DNA of 38,519 nucleotides from Candidatus Thalassarchaeaceae archaeon (GTDB taxonomy: Archaea; Thermoplasmatota; Poseidoniia; Poseidoniales; Thalassarchaeaceae): the NCBI GenBank assembly GCA_963582725.1, contig CAUZSY010000002.1:1-38519 (forward strand), given 5' to 3'. Below are positions 9,525 through 18,181 of the stretch, piece after piece. The notes under the pieces are model-generated. The model did not search any database. It was not told the origin of the DNA and saw nothing but the letters and a program-made list of their open reading frames with translations. Positions within the stretch are counted from its first letter, which is position 1, and every line of letters begins with the position of its first letter. Both the position numbers and the translations under genes were made by a program.

Positions 9525-9908
9525 TTGCAGGAGAGCATCGATCTGAGCGCCGCCGACAGGGCCATCATCGAGACGGGATTCGAAGCGACCCATGTCGATG
9601 GCATCGATGCCGAGACCGAAGGCGACGGAACGGGCTCGGGGGCAGCCAGACTGGTGGATTGGGTCGATGCGGTGGTTGCCCTGATGCGCAATCGTGACAA
9701 TGCGGAAGCGACCGCCCGAGCGCTAGGTCGCGCATCTCTCGAGAAGGGTCTGACGCGGGCCGGCTGGCGCGCCTCATCGATCTGGATGGATGCTCTGGGT
9801 CTCGGCCGCTCGTTCGCCATGGGCTGTTGGATGGAGGGGGGTGCATGCGAGCCGTTGGTCACCGTTCCGGCCGCGCTCGCACCGGTCGCCACGATGCTCG
9901 ACCTCTGA
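9525..9908 (+). CDS. Hypothetical protein, probably the frameshifted continuation of 8528..9433
   Basis: The track ORF starts at TTG 9525, but the same frame is open from 9363. It encodes a third copy of the motif (HPFEHALEIAWSEGTLSADGFRCLDRLQESIDL) upstream of any canonical start codon. Confidence 0.45.
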   Translation: MQESIDLSAADRAIIETGFEATHVDGIDAETEGDGTGSGAARLVDWVDAVVALMRNRDNAEATARALGRASLEKGLTRAGWRASSIWMDALGLGRSFAMGCWMEGGACEPLVTVPAALAPVATMLDL

Positions 9909-9960
9909 CCGCTGCTCCTCTGAATTCGCCTAGCAGACTGGAGCGGGCCCATCGGCGCCG

Positions 9961-10353
9961 TCACGGACGCAGGTCGAGCCGCCAGTCCAGCGTCGCGCCG
10001 GCACCAGTCACCATCGCACCGACGGAGCAATGCTTCGCATGGCTCTGCTCGATCAACCGCTCGACCAACTTCTTTGGCACATCACCTTCGATGACATATC
10101 GCAGTCGGATCGCGCTGAAGCGACGCGGCGGCTCCTCGCATCGGTCGGCATCGAGTTCCACCCAGCACTTTCGGACGCTGACCATCCGATGCTTCAGGCC
10201 GTTGATGACATCGAGCAGCGTGCATCCGCCGTGCGCGAGCAGCACCATCTGGACCGGATTCAGCGATTTCTCGGTATGCATGGGAATCACAGGACCACCA
10301 TCGACTCCACCCTCCATCTCCTCCTCTCCCGTCCAGCGAACCACCGCGCGCAT
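9961..10353 (-). CDS. OsmC/Ohr-family peroxiredoxin-like protein
   Basis: Track ORF 9961..10491 trimmed to Met47 (MRAVVRWTGE), which gives about 130 aa and removes the overlap with icd. Conserved Cys contexts LLAHGGCTLLDVINGL and HAKHCSVGAMV. Confidence 0.8.
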   Translation of the reverse strand: MRAVVRWTGEEEMEGGVDGGPVIPMHTEKSLNPVQMVLLAHGGCTLLDVINGLKHRMVSVRKCWVELDADRCEEPPRRFSAIRLRYVIEGDVPKKLVERLIEQSHAKHCSVGAMVTGAGATLDWRLDLRP

Positions 10354-10426
10354 GACCAAGCCTGCCGGCCGGTGGGCATGAGGGTTAGCATGATGAGGGG
10401 TAGCCGAGTCGGCCGGACCGAGCAGC

Positions 10427-11653
10427 ATGACTGGAGCGCCCATCACCATGCGGGACGGACGATTGAGCGTGCCCGACAAACCGATCATCAACTACATCGA
10501 GGGTGACGGCATAGGCACCGATATCACACCGGTGATGAAGCGGGTCGTCGACGCGTCCGTCGAGAAGGCGTACGGCGGTTCCCGCCGCATCCAGTGGAAC
10601 GAGGTGCTGGCCGGTCAGAAGGCGCATGATGCAACCGGTGAATGGCTGCCAGAGGAGACGATGGCCGCGATGCGAACAGGCCTAGTGTCGATCAAGGGAC
10701 CATTGACCACGCCGGTAGGTGGCGGCATCCGCAGCCTGAACGTGGCGCTCCGGCAGCGCCTCGATCTGTACGCCTGCGTCCGCCCTGTCCGCTGGTACGA
10801 GGGAACACCGAGCCCCGTCAAGGACCCCGGGGCGGTGGACATGATCATCTTCCGCGAGAACAGCGAGGACGTCTACGCCGGCATCGAGTGGGAGGCGGGG
10901 TCGGCGGAGGTCACCAAGGTCATCGACTTCCTGCAGAACGAGATGGGGGTCGAGCAGATTCGCTTCCCGGACACCAGCGGCATCGGCATCAAACCGATCA
11001 GTCAGGAGGGCACCGCGCGGATTGTCCGGGCGGCGATACAGCACGCCATCGACGAAGGCCGACCGAGCGTCACGCTGGTTCACAAGGGCAACATCATGAA
11101 GTTCACCGAGGGCGGCTTCCGCGACTGGGGTTACCAGCTGGCGAAGGACGAGTTCGGCGCCACCGAGATCGACGGCGGACCGTGGTGCAACCTGACCAAC
11201 CCTAACACAGGAGGGGATATCCTAGTCAAGGATGTCATCGCTGATGCGATGCTGCAACAGGTGCTGACCCGACCGCGCGAGTACAGCGTGCTGACGACGA
11301 TGAACCTGAATGGGGATTACATCTCAGATGCACTGGCTGCCCAGGTCGGTGGCATCGGCATCGCACCGGGTGCCAACATCAACTACGACACCGGCATCGC
11401 CATCTTCGAAGCGACGCACGGCACGGCACCCAAGTACACTGGGATGGACAAGGTCAACCCCGGCAGTCTGATTCTGTCGGCGGAAATGATGCTGCGCCAC
11501 ATGGGTTGGACCGAGGCTGCCGACCTCATCGTCAATGGTGTGGAGGGTGCGATCTGCGCCAAGACAGTGACCTACGATTTCGAGCGCCTGATGGACGATG
11601 CGACCCTGCTCAAGTGCAGCGAGTTCGGTGCCGCCATCACCACCCATATGTGA
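10427..11653 (+). CDS. icd: NADP-dependent isocitrate dehydrogenase
   Basis: 408 aa. Motifs [33 protein letters not shown] and [26 protein letters not shown]-terminus [12 protein letters not shown] is typical of prokaryotic IDH. Confidence 0.95.
   Translation: MTGAPITMRDGRLSVPDKPIINYIEGDGIGTDITPVMKRVVDASVEKAYGGSRRIQWNEVLAGQKAHDATGEWLPEETMAAMRTGLVSIKGPLTTPVGGGIRSLNVALRQRLDLYACVRPVRWYEGTPSPVKDPGAVDMIIFRENSEDVYAGIEWEAGSAEVTKVIDFLQNEMGVEQIRFPDTSGIGIKPISQEGTARIVRAAIQHAIDEGRPSVTLVHKGNIMKFTEGGFRDWGYQLAKDEFGATEIDGGPWCNLTNPNTGGDILVKDVIADAMLQQVLTRPREYSVLTTMNLNGDYISDALAAQVGGIGIAPGANINYDTGIAIFEATHGTAPKYTGMDKVNPGSLILSAEMMLRHMGWTEAADLIVNGVEGAICAKTVTYDFERLMDDATLLKCSEFGAAITTHM
11621..11653 (+). repeat. Direct repeat copy 1 (last 10 codons plus stop of icd)
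   Basis: gagttcggtgccgccatcaccacccatatgtga. It matches 12951..12983 at 27 of 33 positions, including the terminal ATGTGA. Confidence 0.7.
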
Positions 11654-12952
11654 GTGATTCCCATGGATTTCGATTCACTCAACCTGTGCGAGCCGCTGCT
11701 CGCCGCCCTCGACGAGATCGGGTACGTCACGCCGACCCCGATTCAGGAAGAGGCCATCCCGTTCCTCATCGAGGGTCGTGACATGCTCGGCTGCGCCCAG
11801 ACGGGCACTGGAAAGACCGCGGCATTCGCCCTGCCGATTCTCGATGCAATGGCCGAAGACCCGTGGTCAGGACCGCGTCGTATCCGCGTGTTGATGATGT
11901 GCCCGACCCGCGAACTCGCGTCGCAGATCCACGACAACATCGAGCAGTACGCTCGACACCTCGACATCCGCTCGATGGTCATGTTCGGTGGCGTCTCGCA
12001 GCGCCCCCAAGAGAAGATTCTGCGCCGCGGCGTCGACATTCTAGTCGCCACACCCGGCCGACTTCTCGACCTCATCGGCCAAGGCTACGTCGACCTGTCC
12101 CACGTTCAGTTCCTCGTTCTCGATGAGGCGGACCGCATGCTCGACATGGGTTTCATCCGTGACATCCGCAAGGTCCTCGCTCTGATTCCCGAGAATCGGC
12201 AGAGTCTGTTGTTCAGTGCCACCATACCGCGCTCGATCGTCGAATTGTCTCATGACATGCTCGACGACCCGGTGAGTATCTCGATCACACCCGAATCGAT
12301 CACGGTCGAGGCCATCGATCAGTCTTTGATGTGGGTCATGAAAGGCGACAAGCGTGGACTGCTCACCCACATCATCGAGGAGGAGCGTCCAGAGAAGGTA
12401 CTGGTGTTCAGCCGCACCAAGCACGGATGCAATCGCATCGTCAAGCAGCTAGGTCAAGACGGCATCGAGGCGCTTGCCATTCATGGCAACAAGAGCCAAG
12501 GCGCGCGCGAGAATGCCCTCGGCCGTTTCCGCAACGGCACCCTCCAGGTGCTGGTCGCCACCGATGTCGCAAGCCGCGGTATCGATGTCTCCGACATCAG
12601 CCACGTCATCAATCTCGACCTGCCAAATGAGCCCGAGGTCTACGTGCATCGCATCGGGCGCACCGGTCGCGCCGGCCTGGGTGGTATCGCAATCGCATTC
12701 TGCGATGAGAACGAGGGCGAGTACCTGCGCGACATCGAGAAGACGATTCGTCAAGAGATTCCGGTGGATGAGGGCCACCCCTTCCATTCGGAGAAGGCCA
12801 AGTCGCGCAAGGGTGACAAAGCGCCCAAGAAGCAGCAGAACCAGGGTCGTGGACGACGAAAATCTCGCGGCCACGCTAGCAGTGGACACAATAGCGGGCG
12901 ATCCAGCGGCGGTCGAAGCCGTCAACGACGCAATCGCCGGGCTCGTTACTGA
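11654..12952 (+). CDS. DEAD-box ATP-dependent RNA helicase (RhlE-like) with an Arg/Gly/Ser-rich C-terminal tail
   Basis: Q motif (GYVTPTPIQ), motif I AQTGTGKTAAF, Ia PTRELA, II DEAD, III SAT, VI HRIGRTGRAG. GTG 11654 directly abuts the icd stop. An alternative start is ATG 11663. Confidence 0.95.
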   Translation: MIPMDFDSLNLCEPLLAALDEIGYVTPTPIQEEAIPFLIEGRDMLGCAQTGTGKTAAFALPILDAMAEDPWSGPRRIRVLMMCPTRELASQIHDNIEQYARHLDIRSMVMFGGVSQRPQEKILRRGVDILVATPGRLLDLIGQGYVDLSHVQFLVLDEADRMLDMGFIRDIRKVLALIPENRQSLLFSATIPRSIVELSHDMLDDPVSISITPESITVEAIDQSLMWVMKGDKRGLLTHIIEEERPEKVLVFSRTKHGCNRIVKQLGQDGIEALAIHGNKSQGARENALGRFRNGTLQVLVATDVASRGIDVSDISHVINLDLPNEPEVYVHRIGRTGRAGLGGIAIAFCDENEGEYLRDIEKTIRQEIPVDEGHPFHSEKAKSRKGDKAPKKQQNQGRGRRKSRGHASSGHNSGRSSGGRSRQRRNRRARY

Positions 12953-12983
12953 GTTCGGTGCAGCCATCATCGATCACATGTGA
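12951..12983 (+). repeat. Direct repeat copy 2 (orphan icd 3'-end remnant)
   Basis: gagttcggtgcagccatcatcgatcacatgtga. In its own frame it encodes EFGAAIIDHM-stop, an IDH-type C-terminus. It starts inside the helicase stop codon (12950..12952) in a different frame. Confidence 0.7.
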
Positions 12984-13133
12984 GCCGCGGTCTGGTCTGG
13001 TCCAGCCCGACTGAACCCCCAATCTCGAATTCGACGACAGGCTGGTGAAGGCGATGAGCGGCACGAGGTCCGGCAGAAGCCGGTTTGTTCTCATCGACAG
13101 CATAGTCGACGCGGTAATGCTCATGAGTAACAA

Positions 13134-14321
13134 TCAGTCGGCCATCGATTCCGGCAGACGCGGAGGATCGGTGAGTATGGAGACCAGCAAGCCCATGCAA
13201 CCAGCGAGGAACACCGCGCCCACGGTGGCGTGGATCGACCAGCCGAGGGGAGACATGATGATGTCTCCCCCGACGACGGTAATCTGGAAACCGACGGCGG
13301 CGGTCACCACCAGCATCCAGACGATGGTGTGCAGAGCCGGCACCGAGAAGGCGAACAAGCGGATGTGATGCCCCCATCTCGAATGGGCGAGGTCGATGAT
13401 GAATCCGCCGAGCAGCGGCGCGATCAGATGCTGCCACGCCTCGCGCAACTCGCTCGGAGCGAAGGCTGCGATCGCGACGCCGTTGACGCCGAGCATCACC
13501 GTGAAGGAGCCGAACACGGGCTTCCACCGCTTGATGAAGAACAGCACCGCACCACTCAGGATGAGCGATTGCAGCAGAATGGCAGACACTCCGGTCTCGA
13601 GGCCCGCACTGCCGGCTTGACAGCCGGACACTATCGCACACAAATCCCAGTACGACATCGTCTGATGATGAGCGAAACTCGTGAACAGGGTGATCACCGA
13701 CAGAGCAGCACCTATGCCGAACAGGACGAAGATCTGACTACCCAGTCCAGACCTGCCGCTGTCGGGGTCGTTCCATGCAGCCATGACGGGCGTCATCAGC
13801 GTCAACGCCAGCCCGGCGGCGAGACCGAGATGAGTCGGCGAGAGCAGTATGTCCGTCCCGCCCTCGATGCCGAAGAAGGTGTGCCAGAGCATGTCTCCGA
13901 ATCCAGAGACCGCGAACACGATCATCCCCAGCACCCCGACCCGGTAACCGGCTGGCATGCCGCCGAGGAATTCCTTGATGTCGGCGACACTCCTCGGCAG
14001 ACCACCCTCGTGCAGGCGCCAGAGTGCGAATGTGATGTAGCTGGAGAACGCCGCGAAACCGGAATACCAGACCGCATGCCACGGTGTGAAGAACGAGTCT
14101 TCGACGGTACCGTTCTTGTGCGCCCACGCATCGATCACCATGCCGGCGAAGCACCACAGGCCGAGCAGGAGGACCGTTCGGTCGAACCTCTGCGATCCTG
14201 GCAGGGCGAGACCTCCTCGGAAATGCCGCACTGCGAAACAGAGCCCCGCGACCAGCAGCGTGCCGAGGAATATCTTTGCGAAACCGATCAATTGCTCGGT
14301 GGTGCCGAAAACAGCTCCCAT
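13134..14321 (-). CDS. Polytopic integral membrane protein, unknown function
   Basis: 395 aa with roughly ten hydrophobic helices (e.g. FAKIFLGTLLVAGLCFAV, LLLGLWCFAGMVIDAWA, IFVLFGIGAALSVITLF, IVWMLVVTAAVGFQITVV). I recognise no family motif. Confidence 0.75.
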   Translation of the reverse strand: MGAVFGTTEQLIGFAKIFLGTLLVAGLCFAVRHFRGGLALPGSQRFDRTVLLLGLWCFAGMVIDAWAHKNGTVEDSFFTPWHAVWYSGFAAFSSYITFALWRLHEGGLPRSVADIKEFLGGMPAGYRVGVLGMIVFAVSGFGDMLWHTFFGIEGGTDILLSPTHLGLAAGLALTLMTPVMAAWNDPDSGRSGLGSQIFVLFGIGAALSVITLFTSFAHHQTMSYWDLCAIVSGCQAGSAGLETGVSAILLQSLILSGAVLFFIKRWKPVFGSFTVMLGVNGVAIAAFAPSELREAWQHLIAPLLGGFIIDLAHSRWGHHIRLFAFSVPALHTIVWMLVVTAAVGFQITVVGGDIIMSPLGWSIHATVGAVFLAGCMGLLVSILTDPPRLPESMAD

Positions 14322-14540
14322 ACCTGCCCCGATGGCAAATACAGCGGTTCAATCTATCAACCTTGAGCCGGAGTTGGAATGCTCGCACGAGGTCATCGGC
14401 AGAGTGTCAAGAGGGTGGCGGTAGCCGGTGGGCGGCTGCCGGCGGTCCCCCCAGGGATCCAGATCCAGTGTCCGATTCGGAACGACGCCTCGATGAGGGG
14501 TGGCTGGTCAGTGGTCATGTTTCAATCGGTCAGAGTGGTG

Positions 14541-14580
14541 TATCATCTAACATCTGATGTAACCGGACAAACCTGATGTT
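14541..14580 (+). promoter_or_regulatory. Operator-like repeat cluster upstream of the beta-oxidation operon
   Basis: Near-palindrome ACATCTGATGT at 14550..14560. CTGATGT is repeated at 14554..14560 and 14573..14579. CATCT is repeated at 14544..14548 and 14551..14555. Confidence 0.3.
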
Positions 14581-14598
14581 GTATTGAATACTACTCGG

Positions 14599-14609
14599 TT
14601 TAATTATTA
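14599..14609 (+). promoter_or_regulatory. TATA-box-like element TTTAATTATTA
   Basis: The most AT-rich stretch of the intergenic region. It lies about 22 nt upstream of ATG 14631, which fits a leaderless thiolase transcript. Confidence 0.35.
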
Positions 14610-14630
14610 CACTTGGTTGTGAAGGTACAG

Positions 14631-15773
14631 ATGCACTCAGCACCGCTCATATGTGGATTCGCCCGCTCACCGTTCACTCCGGCTCACAAGGGAGGACTGG
14701 CTCTAGCCCGCCCGGATGATGTCGCCGCCGCGGTGATCAGAGGTCTGTTGGACCGGGTCGGGCTCGACCCCGCGCTGATCGAGGACGTGCTGGTCGGCTG
14801 TGCCTTCCCCGAGGGGGAACAGGGCTTCAATCTCGGCCGTATGGTCGGATTCCTCGCCGATCTGCCCCGGTCGGTCGGCGGCGTGACGATAAACCGATTC
14901 TGCGGTTCGTCGATGCAGGCGATTCACGATGCGGCGGGTCGCATCGCGCTCGGCGCGGGTGATGCGTTCATCGCTGGCGGCGTCGAGTCGATGACGCGGA
15001 TTCCGATGTCGGGATTCAATCCGCTGCCGAATCCGAGATTGGTTATGGAGCAGCCGGAGGCGTTCACCAGCATGGGTCTGACAGCCGAGAACCTGGCAGA
15101 CGCGTACGACATCTCGCGCGCGGATCAGGAGGCGTTCGCGGTCGAGAGCCATTGCCGAGCGGCGACAGCCGGTGCCAATGGGGTGTTCAGCGAGGTCATA
15201 GTGCCTATCGAGACCGAGGACGGCATGGTCAGTGAAGACGGTTGCATCCGTCCTGATACCGATGCCGAGACTCTGGCCGGACTCCGGCCAGCCTTCCTGA
15301 GGGACGGTTCGGTGACCGCAGCGACCTCCGCGCCATTGACCGATGGGGCTGCTTTCGTGCTCGTCTGTTCCGCTGGCTTCGCGGAGCGGCACGGATTGAC
15401 TCCGCTGGCCCGCATCGATGGTGTCGCGATATCGGGCTGTGCTCCGGAAGTGATGGGGATAGGTCCGGTCGAAGCCAGTCAGAAGGCGCTGTCGAGATGC
15501 GACATGTCGATCGAGGATATCGATGTCGTCGAGTTGAACGAGGCGTTCGCATCTCAGTCACTGGCGGTCATCGAGGAACTAGGTCTCGACCCAGCTTCGG
15601 TCAACATCGACGGAGGCGCGCTGGCCCTCGGCCATCCCCTCGGCGCATCGGGGGCTCGGATAGTCGGCCGTGCTGCCGCCATTCTGACTCGCAACGGCGC
15701 TCGCAGCGCCCTCGCGACGATGTGCATCGGTGGTGGCCAGGGCATCGCGACGGTTCTCTCGAAGGTGGATTGA
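14631..15773 (+). CDS. fadA: Acetyl-CoA C-acyltransferase / 3-ketoacyl-CoA thiolase
   Basis: Active-site contexts NRFCGSSMQAI, NEAFASQ, GHPLGASGARI and CIGGGQGIA. The track ORF begins at TTG 14613. I prefer ATG 14631 (MHSAPLICGF). Confidence 0.93.
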   Translation: MHSAPLICGFARSPFTPAHKGGLALARPDDVAAAVIRGLLDRVGLDPALIEDVLVGCAFPEGEQGFNLGRMVGFLADLPRSVGGVTINRFCGSSMQAIHDAAGRIALGAGDAFIAGGVESMTRIPMSGFNPLPNPRLVMEQPEAFTSMGLTAENLADAYDISRADQEAFAVESHCRAATAGANGVFSEVIVPIETEDGMVSEDGCIRPDTDAETLAGLRPAFLRDGSVTAATSAPLTDGAAFVLVCSAGFAERHGLTPLARIDGVAISGCAPEVMGIGPVEASQKALSRCDMSIEDIDVVELNEAFASQSLAVIEELGLDPASVNIDGGALALGHPLGASGARIVGRAAAILTRNGARSALATMCIGGGQGIATVLSKVD

Positions 15774-18164
15774 ATGACCATAGCAGTGGCCCAGCAGAGC
15801 GATTTCAATTCGCTTCGGCCAGAGCCTCAGATCCGGCGCGTCGCCGTCATAGGAAGCGGCGTGATGGGTGCCGGGATAGCCGCACACTGCGCCAACGCCG
15901 GTTGCGATGTGCTGCTGCTGGACATGGTACCGGAAGGGGCGGCGCAGCGGAACACGCTGGCGGCGGCGGCGAAGGAGAGAATGAGATCAGCCGAACCGGA
16001 GGTGCTGATGCATCCGGACTTCGCTGAGCGAATCACCGTCGGTAATCTGGAGGATGATCTTGCACGGCTGTCCGACCGGGACTGGGTCATCGAGGTGGTG
16101 ATCGAGCGGGTCGATGTCAAGCGCTCCATCTACGCCGATATCACAGATCATCTCGCCGAGCACGCGATTCTGTCTTCCAACACCAGCACCCTGCCACGGG
16201 CCGAACTCATCGTGGGGATGGATCCGTCCCTCACCTCTCGCTTTCTGATAACCCACTTCTTCAATCCACCCAGATACCTCCCGCTGCTGGAGGTAGTCGC
16301 CGGTGGTGATGTCTCGGATGAAACTATCATGAGATTCCATCGATTCGCCGATCAGCGTCTTGGCAAGCGAGTCACATTCTGTAACGACACCCCCGGCTTC
16401 ATTGGCAACCGCCTCGGCATCTACTTCGTCCAGCGAGCCATCGCTGCGACCTTGGAGCACGGCTTAACCGTCGAGCAGGCGGATGCGATGCTCGGTCGAC
16501 CGATAGGCCTGCCGAAGACCGGCGTCTTCGGGCTGATGGACCTCGTCGGAATCGACCTCGTGCCGCATGTCATCGACAGCATGGTCGAACATCTTCCGGC
16601 TACGGATGCGCTGCATGAGATAGCCGGCCTAGGCGGCGACATCATCCAGACGATGATCGCTGAAGGCTACACTGGCCGCAAGGGCAAGGGTGGTTTCTAC
16701 AGGTTGAACACCGACGACGGCCAGCGAATCAAGGAGGCGCGTGACCTTGAGACTGGTGAATACGCGCCGGCGGATCGCCGCGCCGCATTCCCCTCGGCCA
16801 AGATCGGCAGGCAAGGACTGATGCGCCTCATCGAGAAGGATGATGCAGGCTCCCGCTTCGTGAAGGAGGTCCTTGTCGACACCTTCGCCTATGCCGCTTC
16901 TCTCGTGCCAGAGGTCAGTGACGACATCGTCGCGATCGATGGTGCCATGCAGGTCGGCTACAACTGGAAGAAGGGGCCGTTCCAGATGATGGATGACCTC
17001 GGCGTGGACTGGCTCATCGCAGAGTTGGAATCTGCTGAAAGGGATGTTCCCGCGACTCTGAGGTCCGCCTCGGAGAATGGAGGCTTCCATGGCACTCTCG
17101 AAGGCGACATGACTCGTCTCACCACTGAAGGCACACATGTCCTCGTTCCGCAGTCTGAGGACATGTTCACGGTCGCCGATCTCAAGCGTCAGCAGGGACG
17201 CGCGATCAAGCGCAATGGCTCAGCGAGCCTGTGGGACGCCGGCGACGGCGTGTTGTTGGTCGAGTATCACTCGAAGCTCAATGCGATGGATCCGAACAGC
17301 ATGGAGATGCTTCTGACCGCGGTCGATATCGCGGAGAACGAGGGCTGGAAGGGCATCCTTCTCGGCAACGATGCCTCACACTTCTGTGCGGGAGCCAATC
17401 TTGGCCTTGCGCTGTTCGCCGCCAATCTCGGCGCGTGGAAAGAGGTTGAGCAGTTCATCGCGCTGGGCCAGGACACCTATCAGGCACTGAAGTACGCCGA
17501 GGTCCCCGTCGTCGCCGCCGCGACAGGCATGTGTGTGGGTGGTGGCTGCGAGGTTCTCCTGCACTGCGACGCGGTGCAGGCCCACGCTGAGTCCTACATC
17601 GGTCTCGTCGAGGTTGGCGTCGGCATCATCCCGGGCTGGGGTGGTTGCAAGGAGATGCTCGCGCGTCTCCCCGATTTCGGCATCTCATCAGGAGGGCCGA
17701 TGGGCGCGCCCATGCAGGCCTTCGAGACCATAGGGTTGGCGAAGGTGGCGAAGTCCGCCGACCAGGCCCGTGGCCTCGGCTATCTCAGATCGACAGACCG
17801 GATCACGATGAACCGTGATCGGCTTCTGGCCGATGCCAAGGCCCGAGTGCTGGAACTCGCGGAGGACTATTCACCACCCGAGCCTCACACCTACCGACTC
17901 CCCGGGCCTTCGGGCCGACTCGCACTCGAGATGGCACTGAACGACCTCGTGTTGTCAGGGAAGGCGACCCCGCACGACGTGGTCGTCGTTGGTGAACTTG
18001 CGAAGGTGCTGACCGGTGGCGACTATGCGGACGTGACGGTCGAGATGGGTGAGGATGAGATTCTCGCTCTCGAACGGGCCGCGATCTCAACGCTCGCGAA
18101 GGATGAGGCCACACTGGACCGGATGGAGCATATGCTGGCGAAGGGCAAGCCTCTGCGCAATTGA
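15774..18164 (+). CDS. fadN: Bifunctional 3-hydroxyacyl-CoA dehydrogenase (N-terminal) / enoyl-CoA hydratase (C-terminal), FadN-type order
   Basis: 796 aa. Rossmann motif VAVIGSGVMGAGIAAHCANAG followed by the HADH C-terminal domains. C-terminal crotonase fold: HFCAGANLG, AAATGMCVGGGCEVLLHCD. The ATG directly follows the thiolase TGA. Confidence 0.93.
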   Translation: MTIAVAQQSDFNSLRPEPQIRRVAVIGSGVMGAGIAAHCANAGCDVLLLDMVPEGAAQRNTLAAAAKERMRSAEPEVLMHPDFAERITVGNLEDDLARLSDRDWVIEVVIERVDVKRSIYADITDHLAEHAILSSNTSTLPRAELIVGMDPSLTSRFLITHFFNPPRYLPLLEVVAGGDVSDETIMRFHRFADQRLGKRVTFCNDTPGFIGNRLGIYFVQRAIAATLEHGLTVEQADAMLGRPIGLPKTGVFGLMDLVGIDLVPHVIDSMVEHLPATDALHEIAGLGGDIIQTMIAEGYTGRKGKGGFYRLNTDDGQRIKEARDLETGEYAPADRRAAFPSAKIGRQGLMRLIEKDDAGSRFVKEVLVDTFAYAASLVPEVSDDIVAIDGAMQVGYNWKKGPFQMMDDLGVDWLIAELESAERDVPATLRSASENGGFHGTLEGDMTRLTTEGTHVLVPQSEDMFTVADLKRQQGRAIKRNGSASLWDAGDGVLLVEYHSKLNAMDPNSMEMLLTAVDIAENEGWKGILLGNDASHFCAGANLGLALFAANLGAWKEVEQFIALGQDTYQALKYAEVPVVAAATGMCVGGGCEVLLHCDAVQAHAESYIGLVEVGVGIIPGWGGCKEMLARLPDFGISSGGPMGAPMQAFETIGLAKVAKSADQARGLGYLRSTDRITMNRDRLLADAKARVLELAEDYSPPEPHTYRLPGPSGRLALEMALNDLVLSGKATPHDVVVVGELAKVLTGGDYADVTVEMGEDEILALERAAISTLAKDEATLDRMEHMLAKGKPLRN

Positions 18165-18181
18165 GGGGGAAGGTGGTGGAG

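Noticed and set aside
9356-10030. 224-aa minus-strand ORF spanning the TerB-like/OsmC junction
   Set aside because: The composition is Ala/Ser/Arg/Pro-rich. It overlaps two better-supported genes on both strands, so it is a shadow ORF.
12876-13133. 85-aa minus-strand ORF starting directly after the membrane-protein stop
   Set aside because: Its 3' part is antisense to the helicase tail and the icd-like repeat. It has no motifs. The adjacency may be coincidental, and the evidence is too weak to call.
13230-14366. 378-aa plus-strand ORF covering the whole membrane-protein gene
   Set aside because: The sequence is Arg/His/Glu/Gln-rich with no motifs. It is antisense to an ORF with regular transmembrane helices, so it is a typical high-GC shadow ORF.
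14393-14518. About 41-aa minus-strand ORF (MTTDQPPLIEASFRIGHW...) in the intergenic region upstream of the membrane-protein gene (coordinates approximate)
   Set aside because: It is short with no SD or motif, so it is indistinguishable from chance in GC-rich DNA.
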